A DNA stretch of 59,029 nt from Actinomycetota bacterium (GTDB lineage: Bacteria; Actinomycetota; Humimicrobiia; Humimicrobiales; Humimicrobiaceae): contig JBNJCV010000001.1 in the NCBI GenBank assembly GCA_051744245.1, positions 1-59,029 on the forward strand, given 5' to 3'. The notes below the pieces were generated by a model. That model saw only the letters and a list, made by a program, of their open reading frames with translations, was not told where the DNA came from and ran no database searches. Position numbers and translations under genes: made by a program. Of the stretch, positions 37,953-46,286 are shown in pieces. How positions within the stretch are numbered: position 1 is the first letter of the stretch; every line of letters begins with the position of its first letter.

Positions 37953-39650
37953 TTGAAAAGCGACATTGAAATAGCACAAGCGGCAGAGATGAGGAATATA
38001 GGAGAAATTGCTGAATTGGTAGACCTGGATGAAAAATATCTGGAGCTATACGGGGATTATAAGGCGAAGGTTGACTTGTCAGTGTTAGATGCCTTAAAGG
38101 ATAGGCCAAATGGCAAGTATATCGATGTTACGGCAATAACCCCTACCCCCCTGGGGGAAGGGAAGACCGTAACCACCATAGGCCTTAGCATGGCATTGAA
38201 TAAGATTGGCAAGAAAACAGTAACCTGTATAAGGCAGCCATCGTTGGGGCCTGTCTTTGGTATTAAAGGCGGTGCAGCTGGAGGAGGAAATTCACAGGTG
38301 CTTCCCATGGAGGACTTTAACCTGCACCTTACCGGGGATATCCATGCAGTTGGGGTAGCTCATAATCTGCTGGCAGCATTCCTTGATACACACATTATGA
38401 AAGGGAATGAACTGGACATTGACCCCTTTAGCATTTCTCTTAACAGGGTAGTTGATGTTAGTGATAGGGCCCTGAGAAATATAATTGTAGGGCTGGGGGG
38501 AGAGCTTAATGGGATTCCCAGGGAAACAGGTTATGATATTACTGTGGCTTCTGAGGTTATGGCCATACTAGCCTTGACCACAGGGCTGAAAGATTTAAGG
38601 AAAAAGCTTTCCAGGATGACTATAGGTTCTACCAGTGACGGCAAGGCAGTTACAGCTGAAGATCTCAAATGTGCCGGTGCAATGACGGTGTTGCTTAAGG
38701 ATGCAATAAAGCCGACTTTGCTCCAAACAATTGAACATACTCCTTGTTTTGTTCATGCTGGACCGTTTGCAAATATTGCCCATGGCAATTCTTCAATATT
38801 GGCTGACCTTATCGCCACTAAACTCGGTGATTATGTGGTAACAGAGAGCGGCTTTGGGGCAGATATTGGTGCAGAGAAATTCTTTAACATTAAATGCAGA
38901 TATAGTGGCCTGAAGCCAGATGCTGTAGTTATAGTGGCAACAGTTAGAGCTCTAAAGATGCATGGAGGCGGATTTGAGTTTGTTCCTGGTCAAGGTGTTG
39001 ACGAGGAAAAGATGAATACCCCCAATGTAGAAGCAGTTCGGAAAGGCTGCGAAAATTTAGAGAAAATGATAGAAAATGTTAAGATGCATGGGATACAAGC
39101 AGTAGTGGCAATAAACCACTTTGCTGCTGATAGCCAGGAAGAAATAGATGCCATAAAAGAGAGGGCAATTGCAGCAGGTGCTGAGGATGCTGTTGTCAGC
39201 AAGGTATGGCTAAAAGGAGGAGAAGGCGGAAAAGAGCTGGCAGAGGCAGTTGCAAAAGCTGCTGAAAAACCAGGTGAATTTAAATTCCTTTATCCGCTTG
39301 ACTGGCCAATAAAGAAGAAAATTGAAACCATAGCAACAAAGATCTATGGCGCAGATGGGGTTAACTTTTTGCCCAAAGCTGAGAAAATGATTGATACATA
39401 TACAAGACAAGGATTTGATAAGCTCCCCATTTGCATGGCAAAAACCCACCTGTCACTTAGCCATGAACCAACATTAAAAGGAAGGCCAACTAATTTTACA
39501 GTTCCCATTAGGGATGTCAGGGCATCTGTAGGGGCTGGATTCTTATACCCATTATTGGGTGAGATGAGAACCATGCCTGGATTGCCAAAAGTTCCAGCCG
39601 GAACAAAAGTTGATATAGATGATGATGGGAACATAGTTGGATTGTTTTAA
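37953..39650 (+). CDS. fhs: Formate--tetrahydrofolate ligase
   Basis: LKSDIEIAQAA N-terminus and P-loop PTPLGEGKTVTTIGL. TTG at 37953 lies 5 nt after AAAGGAG; the ORF track starts at 37932. Confidence 0.95.
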   Translation: MKSDIEIAQAAEMRNIGEIAELVDLDEKYLELYGDYKAKVDLSVLDALKDRPNGKYIDVTAITPTPLGEGKTVTTIGLSMALNKIGKKTVTCIRQPSLGPVFGIKGGAAGGGNSQVLPMEDFNLHLTGDIHAVGVAHNLLAAFLDTHIMKGNELDIDPFSISLNRVVDVSDRALRNIIVGLGGELNGIPRETGYDITVASEVMAILALTTGLKDLRKKLSRMTIGSTSDGKAVTAEDLKCAGAMTVLLKDAIKPTLLQTIEHTPCFVHAGPFANIAHGNSSILADLIATKLGDYVVTESGFGADIGAEKFFNIKCRYSGLKPDAVVIVATVRALKMHGGGFEFVPGQGVDEEKMNTPNVEAVRKGCENLEKMIENVKMHGIQAVVAINHFAADSQEEIDAIKERAIAAGAEDAVVSKVWLKGGEGGKELAEAVAKAAEKPGEFKFLYPLDWPIKKKIETIATKIYGADGVNFLPKAEKMIDTYTRQGFDKLPICMAKTHLSLSHEPTLKGRPTNFTVPIRDVRASVGAGFLYPLLGEMRTMPGLPKVPAGTKVDIDDDGNIVGLF

Positions 39651-39679
39651 TATTTTTTTAATAACTTTTATTTTAAGAG

Positions 39680-40603
39680 GTGATTAAAATAGCACAGATA
39701 ATAAGCGGAAAAGAAATTTCTAAACAGATAAAAGATGAAGTTAAAGCGGAAATAAGTAAGATGGAAAAAGAAAAAGGAGCAAGGCCAGGGCTTGCAGTAA
39801 TTTTGGTTGGAGAAAACCCAGCATCGAAAGTATATGTGGCTAGTAAACAAAGAGGTTGTGAACAAGTAGGTATAAAATCAGAATCTATTAAAATGAATGA
39901 CACAGTCTCCACGGAAGATATACTTAAAGAAATTGATAAATTAAATTCAAGAAATGATATACATGGCATACTTGTGCAGCTTCCATTGCCTGAGCAGGTA
40001 GACAAAAATAGAGTGCTTGAAGCTGTTTCTCCCGAGAAAGATGTTGATGGATTCCATCCAATTAATATGGGAAGATTAGTAGCTCAGCAGGAATGCTTAA
40101 TTCCAGCCACTCCCTTAGGAGTTATTGAAATGTTGAAGAGATCCAATATCAGTTTAAAGGGTAAAAATGCAACCATGGTTGGCCATAGCGAAATAGTGGG
40201 AAAACCATGTAGCCTGCTTTTGTTAAATGAATGGGCTACTGTTACTATATGCCATATAGAAACTAAAGATCTAAAAATGCATACAGAAGACGCTGATATA
40301 CTAATAGTTGCAGCAGGAGTACCATACCTTATCAAGGAGGACATGGTAAAAGAAGGTGCCGTGGTTATTGATGTTGGTATTAATAGGATTACCAAGGACA
40401 AGGCTTCTAAAGAGCTTTTGGAATGGAGAAAAGATGATTTTGATAAAAAACAGGCAACCTTAATTGGTGATGTAGATTATCTCAGGGTTGAACCAAAGGT
40501 TAGCCATATTTCTCCTGTTCCGGGAGGCGTAGGCCCAATGACAATAGCTATGCTTCTTAAAAATACTTTAACAGCTGCTAAAAAAGCTGTTGGAATGAAA
40601 TAA
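39680..40603 (+). CDS. folD: Bifunctional methylene-THF dehydrogenase / methenyl-THF cyclohydrolase
   Basis: SKVYV..K, DVDGFHP and PVPGGVGPMT motifs, GTG start after AAGAGG. Carries an insertion of about 18-20 aa after GINR. Confidence 0.93.
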   Translation: MIKIAQIISGKEISKQIKDEVKAEISKMEKEKGARPGLAVILVGENPASKVYVASKQRGCEQVGIKSESIKMNDTVSTEDILKEIDKLNSRNDIHGILVQLPLPEQVDKNRVLEAVSPEKDVDGFHPINMGRLVAQQECLIPATPLGVIEMLKRSNISLKGKNATMVGHSEIVGKPCSLLLLNEWATVTICHIETKDLKMHTEDADILIVAAGVPYLIKEDMVKEGAVVIDVGINRITKDKASKELLEWRKDDFDKKQATLIGDVDYLRVEPKVSHISPVPGGVGPMTIAMLLKNTLTAAKKAVGMK

Positions 40604-40641
40604 GTTTATGCTAAAATTAATTCCTGGAGAGGTAGAATTTA

Positions 40642-40917
40642 ATGTATTATGCAAGGGTAATTGGAAAAATAGTTGCTACTGCAAAATATGAGGGGCTGGT
40701 AGGGAAAAAAATACAAGTCCTGCAGCCTGTAGATCTAGAAACCGGGAAAGATGAAGGAAGCTTTCTGGTAGCACTGGATTCTACTTCTTCAGGAATAGGG
40801 GATATCGTGGGTTATGAAGACGGTTCAGAAGCTACATGGGCATTTGAGGGGGAAAATATCCCCACGGATGCTACTATAGTAGCAATAATAGATAACGTAA
40901 ACATAGAAAAGGTCTGA
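40642..40917 (+). CDS. BMC vertex protein (BMC-P, EutN/CcmL family), divergent paralog 1
   Basis: 91 aa. MYYARVIGKIVATAKYEGLVGKKIQVLQPV matches the EutN/CcmL N-terminal pattern. Confidence 0.85.
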   Translation: MYYARVIGKIVATAKYEGLVGKKIQVLQPVDLETGKDEGSFLVALDSTSSGIGDIVGYEDGSEATWAFEGENIPTDATIVAIIDNVNIEKV

Positions 40918-40918
40918 A

Positions 40919-41191
40919 ATGGTTTTAAGTGAAGTTATTGGAAATGTTGTTTGCACCCAAAAAGACAAGAGCCTTAACGGTAAAAAGCTTTTAATTGTCA
41001 AAGCAATTGACCTGGATGGCAAAAGGCTTGACCCTTTTGTAGTTGCTGTTGATTTAGTTGGTGTAGGCATAGGAGAGAAAGTGTTAGTTGTAAATGGTAG
41101 TTCAGCCCGGCAGACTGACCTAACCAGGGAAAAGAGCATAGATTCTGTTATTGTAGCAAAAGTTGATAGCGTAAATTTAGGGAAAGAATAG
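40919..41191 (+). CDS. BMC vertex protein (BMC-P, EutN/CcmL family), paralog 2
   Basis: 90 aa: VIGNVVCTQKDKSLNGKKLLIV..VVAVDLVGVGIGEKVLVVNGSSAR. Confidence 0.9.
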   Translation: MVLSEVIGNVVCTQKDKSLNGKKLLIVKAIDLDGKRLDPFVVAVDLVGVGIGEKVLVVNGSSARQTDLTREKSIDSVIVAKVDSVNLGKE

Positions 41192-41192
41192 T

Positions 41193-41594
41193 TTACTTAT
41201 CTATTTCTTCAATTAGTTTTTTTACTTTTTTTTCTGTTTCTGTTCCCCCCAGTATTTTATCCGAGACCGATTTAATTATGCTTTTAGCCAGCTCTTTTTC
41301 TGATACTGCTGGGGAATATATATAAGTTTTAGAACTTTTGTCCTGGCTTAGCAGTCCCTTGTCAGCCAGGGTATTCATTGTTGACATTACTGTAGTATAT
41401 GGTATAAAGCCCTGTTTTTTTTCTGCTATTTCGCTTCTTAACATTAATTCGTGTACTTCTCTTACAGTAGTCTTTTTCTTTTCCCATACAACTTTCATAA
41501 TTGTTGCTTCCAGATTGCTTATACTGTTTAGCCCGTTTATTCCAATTTCTTCAGATTTCTTTTTTGGATTTTGCTTAGCCAATTTATCTACCAC
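41193..41594 (-). CDS. BlaI/MecI/CopY-family winged-helix repressor
   Basis: LEATIMKVVWEKKKTTVREVHELM..YTTVMSTMNTLADKGLL..YIYSPAVSEKE. No BlaR/MecR-type sensor gene is adjacent. Confidence 0.8.
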   Translation of the reverse strand: MVDKLAKQNPKKKSEEIGINGLNSISNLEATIMKVVWEKKKTTVREVHELMLRSEIAEKKQGFIPYTTVMSTMNTLADKGLLSQDKSSKTYIYSPAVSEKELAKSIIKSVSDKILGGTETEKKVKKLIEEIDK

Positions 41595-41907
41595 CTTATA
41601 TTTAAAATTTTTGAAAATACTATTACTTGATTAATTAAATGTATTTCTACCTTATACTATTTTTTTTTACAAAATAAATCAATAATAAAAAAATTATATC
41701 CTTGATATTAGCCGGAAATATTTTGCCTAACCTTAGCTGGATATTGCTAATAACAAGAGGGATAAAAAAGTTATTGGCAACCAGAGGTTTCTGAATTTTG
41801 TAAAGGCTGGCCAACCATTGCAGCCTCTTTTAAATTATTACCTTAAATTATGTCTAATTATAAATTATAATGTTGTAACAATCATTAAAGGATAAAGGTT
41901 GGCGAAA

Positions 41908-42978
41908 ATGGGAAGAATATTTGTGATAAACCCGGGATCTACCTCCACCAAGATAGGTATATTTGAAAACAGTAAAAAAATACTCAAACAGTCTGTAAGC
42001 CATGATAAGGACAGGATAGACAGCTGCAGAAAGATTATAGACCAGCTTGACTACAGGATGGGCTCCATTAACAGCTTTATTGGGGAAAATAGTATAGACA
42101 TGACCCAGATTGATTATTTTGTTGGCAGGGGAGGTTTTCTCAGGCCATTGCAGAGTGGATTGTATAGGATAAATGAAAAGATGGTTGAGGACCTGGCTGG
42201 GGAAAAGTACGGAAGGCATGCCTCAAACCTGGGGGCAGTAATAGCCTGCAACCTTGGCAAGAAGTACGGCAAGCCCTCCTTTATATTCGACCCCATATGT
42301 GTGGATGAGCTGGATCCGGTAGCCAGGATAAGCGGACACCCGCTTTTTGAGAGGAGAAGCATTTTCCATGCCTTAAACCAGAAAAAAGCTGCCAGGATAA
42401 TAGCGGAAAGGCTAAATTCAAGCTACCAGGATTTGACTCTGGTAGTAGCCCATCTGGGGGGCGGAATTACAGTGGGGCTCCACAAACATGGAAGGGTAGT
42501 AGATGTCAATAATGGTACAGAAGGGGAAGGCCCTTTCACCCCGGAAAGGTCTGGCGGAATGGAGCTGGGGAGTTTCCTAAAATATATATTTGATAATGAT
42601 CTGGACTTTGAACAAGCCTTCAGGATAGTAATGGGTGAAGGAGGCCTAGCTGCTTATTTTGGCACAGTTGACTTCAAAGAGCTGATGAAAAGGTATAAAG
42701 AAGGTGGAGATAAGAAGGTAAGAGTAGTTATAGAAGCTATGGCTTACCAGGTTAGCCAGGAAATAGCTGCCAGAAGCATTCTTGCCTGTGGAGACATTGA
42801 CGGGATAATATTTACCGGTGGCCTTTCCCATTCAGAGACTTTTGTTGATTTGATTAGGGAAAAAGTAAAACACCTGGCAAAAAACATATTTGTAATTCCA
42901 GGTGAAAATGAGCTAGAAGCGCTTGCTGAAGGGGTGGTTTTGCTTTTGGAAGGAAAAATTGAAGCCCTGGAATATTAG
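41908..42978 (+). CDS. buk: Butyrate-kinase-family acyl-phosphate kinase
   Basis: MGRIFVINPGSTSTKIGIFEN N-terminus and ASKHA fold, about 356 aa. ATG at 41908; the ORF track has TTG at 41899. Confidence 0.88.
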   Translation: MGRIFVINPGSTSTKIGIFENSKKILKQSVSHDKDRIDSCRKIIDQLDYRMGSINSFIGENSIDMTQIDYFVGRGGFLRPLQSGLYRINEKMVEDLAGEKYGRHASNLGAVIACNLGKKYGKPSFIFDPICVDELDPVARISGHPLFERRSIFHALNQKKAARIIAERLNSSYQDLTLVVAHLGGGITVGLHKHGRVVDVNNGTEGEGPFTPERSGGMELGSFLKYIFDNDLDFEQAFRIVMGEGGLAAYFGTVDFKELMKRYKEGGDKKVRVVIEAMAYQVSQEIAARSILACGDIDGIIFTGGLSHSETFVDLIREKVKHLAKNIFVIPGENELEALAEGVVLLLEGKIEALEY

Positions 42979-42979
42979 A

Positions 42980-43008
42980 TTGACAATAAACAAAATATCA
43001 CATAAACT
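42980..43008 (+). promoter_or_regulatory. Candidate sigma-70 promoter for the deoR-BMC transcription unit
   Basis: TTGACA (42980-42985), 17 nt, TAAACT (43003-43008), about 27 nt upstream of the deoR ATG. Confidence 0.4.
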
Positions 43009-43034
43009 AATAACAAATAACAATATTAAACATC

Positions 43035-43799
43035 ATGTTATCTGCAGAAAGAAAATTAGAGATAGCAAAAATTATAAATGAAAATGGAAAGATTAAGACC
43101 TCTGAGCTTTCCAAAAGGTTCAATGTTTCAGAAATGACTGTGCTAAGGGATCTTGCATCGCTCGAGGAAGAGGGCGTGCTTAAAAGGGTTTATGGAGGGG
43201 CGCTTGCTTTCAATGATTCTTCAAATGAAATTTCTTCGGTTTTCAGGGGGAAAATTAACCGTAAACAAAAGGATAGCATTGCCTCCAAAGCACTTTCCTT
43301 AATTACCGATGGTTCCAGCATTTATCTGGACAGTTCTACCACCTCTCTATCTTTGGCCAAATTAGCTGCGTCCAAAATAAACATTACCCTGGTTACAAAT
43401 GGCTTAGATATTATAAATGCGGCAAAAGGGAATGGGAAAATAAAGATAATATGTCCTGGCGGAGAACTTAATGATGTTAACATGAGTTTTTATGGCCCTT
43501 CTGCTGAGAAATTCATGGAAGATGTAAATGTAAATATTGCTTTTATTTCTGCAGCAGGGATATCATTGAAATCAGGAATAACAGAGCAGAATCCACAGAA
43601 CATTGCTATAAAAAAAATAATGGTTAAAAATTCTGATATTTCGGTGTTGCTGATTGATTCCAGCAAATTTGATAAAATTACTTTAAATAGGGTTTGCTTA
43701 TTGCAAGATATTGATACTATAATTACTGATAAGGAACCGGCCTCACAATATGTGGAGCTTTTTAGAAATAATGATATTAAATTACTTTACTGCTCATGA
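43035..43799 (+). CDS. DeoR-family transcriptional regulator (sugar-phosphate sensing type)
   Basis: N-terminal HTH (ELSKRFNVSEMTVLRDLASLEEEGVLKRVYGGA) plus a DeoR C-terminal sensor domain. Its stop overlaps the next BMC-P start (ATGA). Confidence 0.88.
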   Translation: MLSAERKLEIAKIINENGKIKTSELSKRFNVSEMTVLRDLASLEEEGVLKRVYGGALAFNDSSNEISSVFRGKINRKQKDSIASKALSLITDGSSIYLDSSTTSLSLAKLAASKINITLVTNGLDIINAAKGNGKIKIICPGGELNDVNMSFYGPSAEKFMEDVNVNIAFISAAGISLKSGITEQNPQNIAIKKIMVKNSDISVLLIDSSKFDKITLNRVCLLQDIDTIITDKEPASQYVELFRNNDIKLLYCS

Positions 43800-44089
43800 G
43801 ATTAGGAAAAGTTATCGGGAATGTAGTTTCAACTGTTAAACATGAAAAGCTAAAGGGGATAAAACTTTTAGCCATAAAACCGGTAGGCCCTGATGGCTAT
43901 ACCGGGGGCAGGAAAATAATAGTGGCAGACTATCTTAATTCTGCAGTGGGTAGCCTAGTTTACTGGATTGAAAATGGGACCACAATTTGTAAGGTTATGG
44001 GAAGGAAGAGCATTCCGCTGAGGGGCTCGGTTGTTGGGCTGGTTGACAAGGTTGATTTAGATTCAAGAAAAAAAGTAATAGACGGTTGA
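43796..44089 (+). CDS. BMC vertex protein (BMC-P, EutN/CcmL family), divergent paralog 3
   Basis: 97 aa: MRLGKVIGNVVSTVKHEKLKGIKLLAIKPV. Confidence 0.85.
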   Translation: MRLGKVIGNVVSTVKHEKLKGIKLLAIKPVGPDGYTGGRKIIVADYLNSAVGSLVYWIENGTTICKVMGRKSIPLRGSVVGLVDKVDLDSRKKVIDG

Positions 44090-44095
44090 TGGAAA

Positions 44096-44362
44096 ATGAA
44101 GCTGGTAAAAGTTATTGGAAGTGTGACTTCAACTATTAAGGATGAAAGCCTGAGGGGGTTTAAACTTCTTTTAGTGCAGAGGGTAGAAGTGGACCTTAAG
44201 GGCAAGCAGGATTATTATGTGGCAGTGGATACAGTTGGAATGGGTGAAGGTGAAGTTGGCCTTATAGTTACCGGCAGTACTGCAAAAAGAACTGAGCAAA
44301 CCAGAAAGAAAAATGTGGATGCGACTATAGTCGCAAAAGTTGATAGGATAGATTTGAGGTAA
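44096..44362 (+). CDS. BMC vertex protein (BMC-P, EutN/CcmL family), paralog 4
   Basis: 88 aa: MKLVKVIGSVTSTIKDESLRGFKLLLV..YVAVDTVGMGEGEVGLIVTGSTAKR. Confidence 0.9.
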   Translation: MKLVKVIGSVTSTIKDESLRGFKLLLVQRVEVDLKGKQDYYVAVDTVGMGEGEVGLIVTGSTAKRTEQTRKKNVDATIVAKVDRIDLR

Positions 44363-44363
44363 T

Positions 44364-45695
44364 ATGGCTAAAAAAGAAATTGATATAATAAGAGACGCAG
44401 GCATTGTGGGAGCTGGGGGAGCGGGATTTCCCACCCATGTCAAGCTGGATGCTCAGGTTGACAACTTAATTGTTAATGCGGCAGAGTGTGAGCCCTTGAT
44501 AAATGTGGACAAGCAGCTATTAGAAAGATATTTCAGTGATGTTTACCGGGGCTTAAAAGTAGCTGCTAGCTTGACTGGAGCTAAAAAGGTTACAATAGCA
44601 TTAAAGGGTAAATACAAAAAGGCGATACAGTCGGTTAAAGATTTAAAGAAAGAGGGTCTTGACTTTGAAATATTTGAACTGGACAATTTCTATCCGGCAG
44701 GAGACGAGCAAGTACTGGTAGATGAAATCGTGGGCAGGATAGTGCCCGAGGGTGGAATACCCTTGATGGTGGGATGTGTGGTAATAAATGTTGAAACCCT
44801 TCTAAATATAGCAAAGGCTATGGATGGTACAAGTGTTACCGGCAAATATTTAACTGTAGGTGGAGCGGTAGCAAAGCCTTCTACTTTTATGGTACCGGTG
44901 GGTACCCCGGTAAAGCAGCTTTTGGATTATGTTGGGGGGATTACCGAAAATGATTATGCTGTTTTTGACGGAGGGCCCATGATGGGCAAGCTAATTGATG
45001 AGGAAAGCTATGCAGTAAAGAAAGTAACCAAGTCAATACTTGTGCTTCCTGAAGGCAATATTGTTACTGTGCAGAGAAAGAGAGACAGCGGCGGGCAGAT
45101 AAAAAGGGCGCAGTCAATTTGCTTGAGCTGCAGGATGTGCACGGACCTCTGTCCCAGGTACTTGCTGGGACATGACCTTTTCCCTGATGAGATGATGAAA
45201 AAGCTGTATAAAGACAATATGGACGAAGAAGATATAAAAAATTTTGATTTTGCTTACCTGTGCTGTGATTGCGGTTTGTGCGAGCTTTACAGTTGTGTGG
45301 TTGACCTTTCACCAAGGGCATTGTTTAATTACCTTAAGGATGAATTAGCCAAGCGGGGTATAAAGAATCCACATAACAGAAAAGATGTGCAATCTAATGA
45401 ATTTAAGGAATTCAGGAAGGTGCCTGTGGACAGGTTGAAAAACAGACTGGAGATTGACAAATATGATGTGGAGACTCCTTTAACTGAGTTTGGGGAAGAA
45501 GTAAGCGAGGTTAAACTCTATCTCAGCCAGCATGTAGGAGCGCCTTCAAAACCAGTGGTAAATGCCGGGGATAAGCTAGAAGCTGGCAGTCTGGTGGCTG
45601 ACATACCGGAAGAAAGCTTGGGAGCAAAAATACATAGTTCTATTTCTGGAAAGGTTAAGGAAATAACTTCTGAATATATTTTGGTGGGTAAATGA
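44364..45695 (+). CDS. PduS/RnfC-like flavo-iron-sulfur oxidoreductase
   Basis: NuoF-like nucleotide/FMN loop GIVGAGGAGFPTHVKL. Two 4Fe-4S motifs (CLSCRMCTDLCP, CCDCGLCELYSC). A C-terminal barrel-sandwich segment resembles RnfC_N (LSQHVGAPSKPVVNAGDKL..IHSSISGKV). Confidence 0.85.
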   Translation: MAKKEIDIIRDAGIVGAGGAGFPTHVKLDAQVDNLIVNAAECEPLINVDKQLLERYFSDVYRGLKVAASLTGAKKVTIALKGKYKKAIQSVKDLKKEGLDFEIFELDNFYPAGDEQVLVDEIVGRIVPEGGIPLMVGCVVINVETLLNIAKAMDGTSVTGKYLTVGGAVAKPSTFMVPVGTPVKQLLDYVGGITENDYAVFDGGPMMGKLIDEESYAVKKVTKSILVLPEGNIVTVQRKRDSGGQIKRAQSICLSCRMCTDLCPRYLLGHDLFPDEMMKKLYKDNMDEEDIKNFDFAYLCCDCGLCELYSCVVDLSPRALFNYLKDELAKRGIKNPHNRKDVQSNEFKEFRKVPVDRLKNRLEIDKYDVETPLTEFGEEVSEVKLYLSQHVGAPSKPVVNAGDKLEAGSLVADIPEESLGAKIHSSISGKVKEITSEYILVGK

Positions 45696-46267
45696 TGGCA
45701 GATTATAGCAATATTTGCGTATTGGAATTTAAAAGCGTATCCAGGGGCATACAGGTGACAGATAGTGCGGTAAAGGCAGCAGAAGCCAACCTGGTAATTG
45801 CAACCTCCCTATGCCCGGGAAAATATTTAACAGTTTTGGAAGGAGAGATGGATGCACTGGAGACTGTAGCTCAGACGGCAAGAATTGAAGGAGGCATGCA
45901 TCTTTACAGTGAAATGGTTATAGGGGGAATAGATTTAAAAGTTATTGATGCCATTAGTGGGAAGGTAGCGGATTTGCCCCTGGGAGCAGTGGGGATAATT
46001 GAAAGCATGCAAATGGCACCCATTATAAATGCGGCTGATATTTGTGTAGATAGCGCTGATGTAGAGTTTTTGGATTTCAGGCTGGCCAGGGGATGTGGGG
46101 TCAATAGTTTCTTTTTAATTACCGGTACCCTGTCTGCGGTAAAGGAAGCAGCTGGCAAAGCTTCTAGTTTCTTAAGTGAGAGGGGCGCTTTAATTGGGGA
46201 GAGGATAATTGCAAATCCTGACAAGGAAGTTGCCAGGTGGCTTAAGTCTTCTTTATGCAGGTGTTAA
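45692..46267 (+). CDS. Tandem-domain BMC shell protein (BMC-T), PduT-like with pore Cys
   Basis: 191 aa with two BMC domains. The first has the PduT-type motif SLCPGKYL. ATGA overlap with the upstream PduS-like gene. Confidence 0.85.
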   Translation: MMADYSNICVLEFKSVSRGIQVTDSAVKAAEANLVIATSLCPGKYLTVLEGEMDALETVAQTARIEGGMHLYSEMVIGGIDLKVIDAISGKVADLPLGAVGIIESMQMAPIINAADICVDSADVEFLDFRLARGCGVNSFFLITGTLSAVKEAAGKASSFLSERGALIGERIIANPDKEVARWLKSSLCRC

Positions 46268-46286
46268 ATGAGGAAAGGGATAATTT

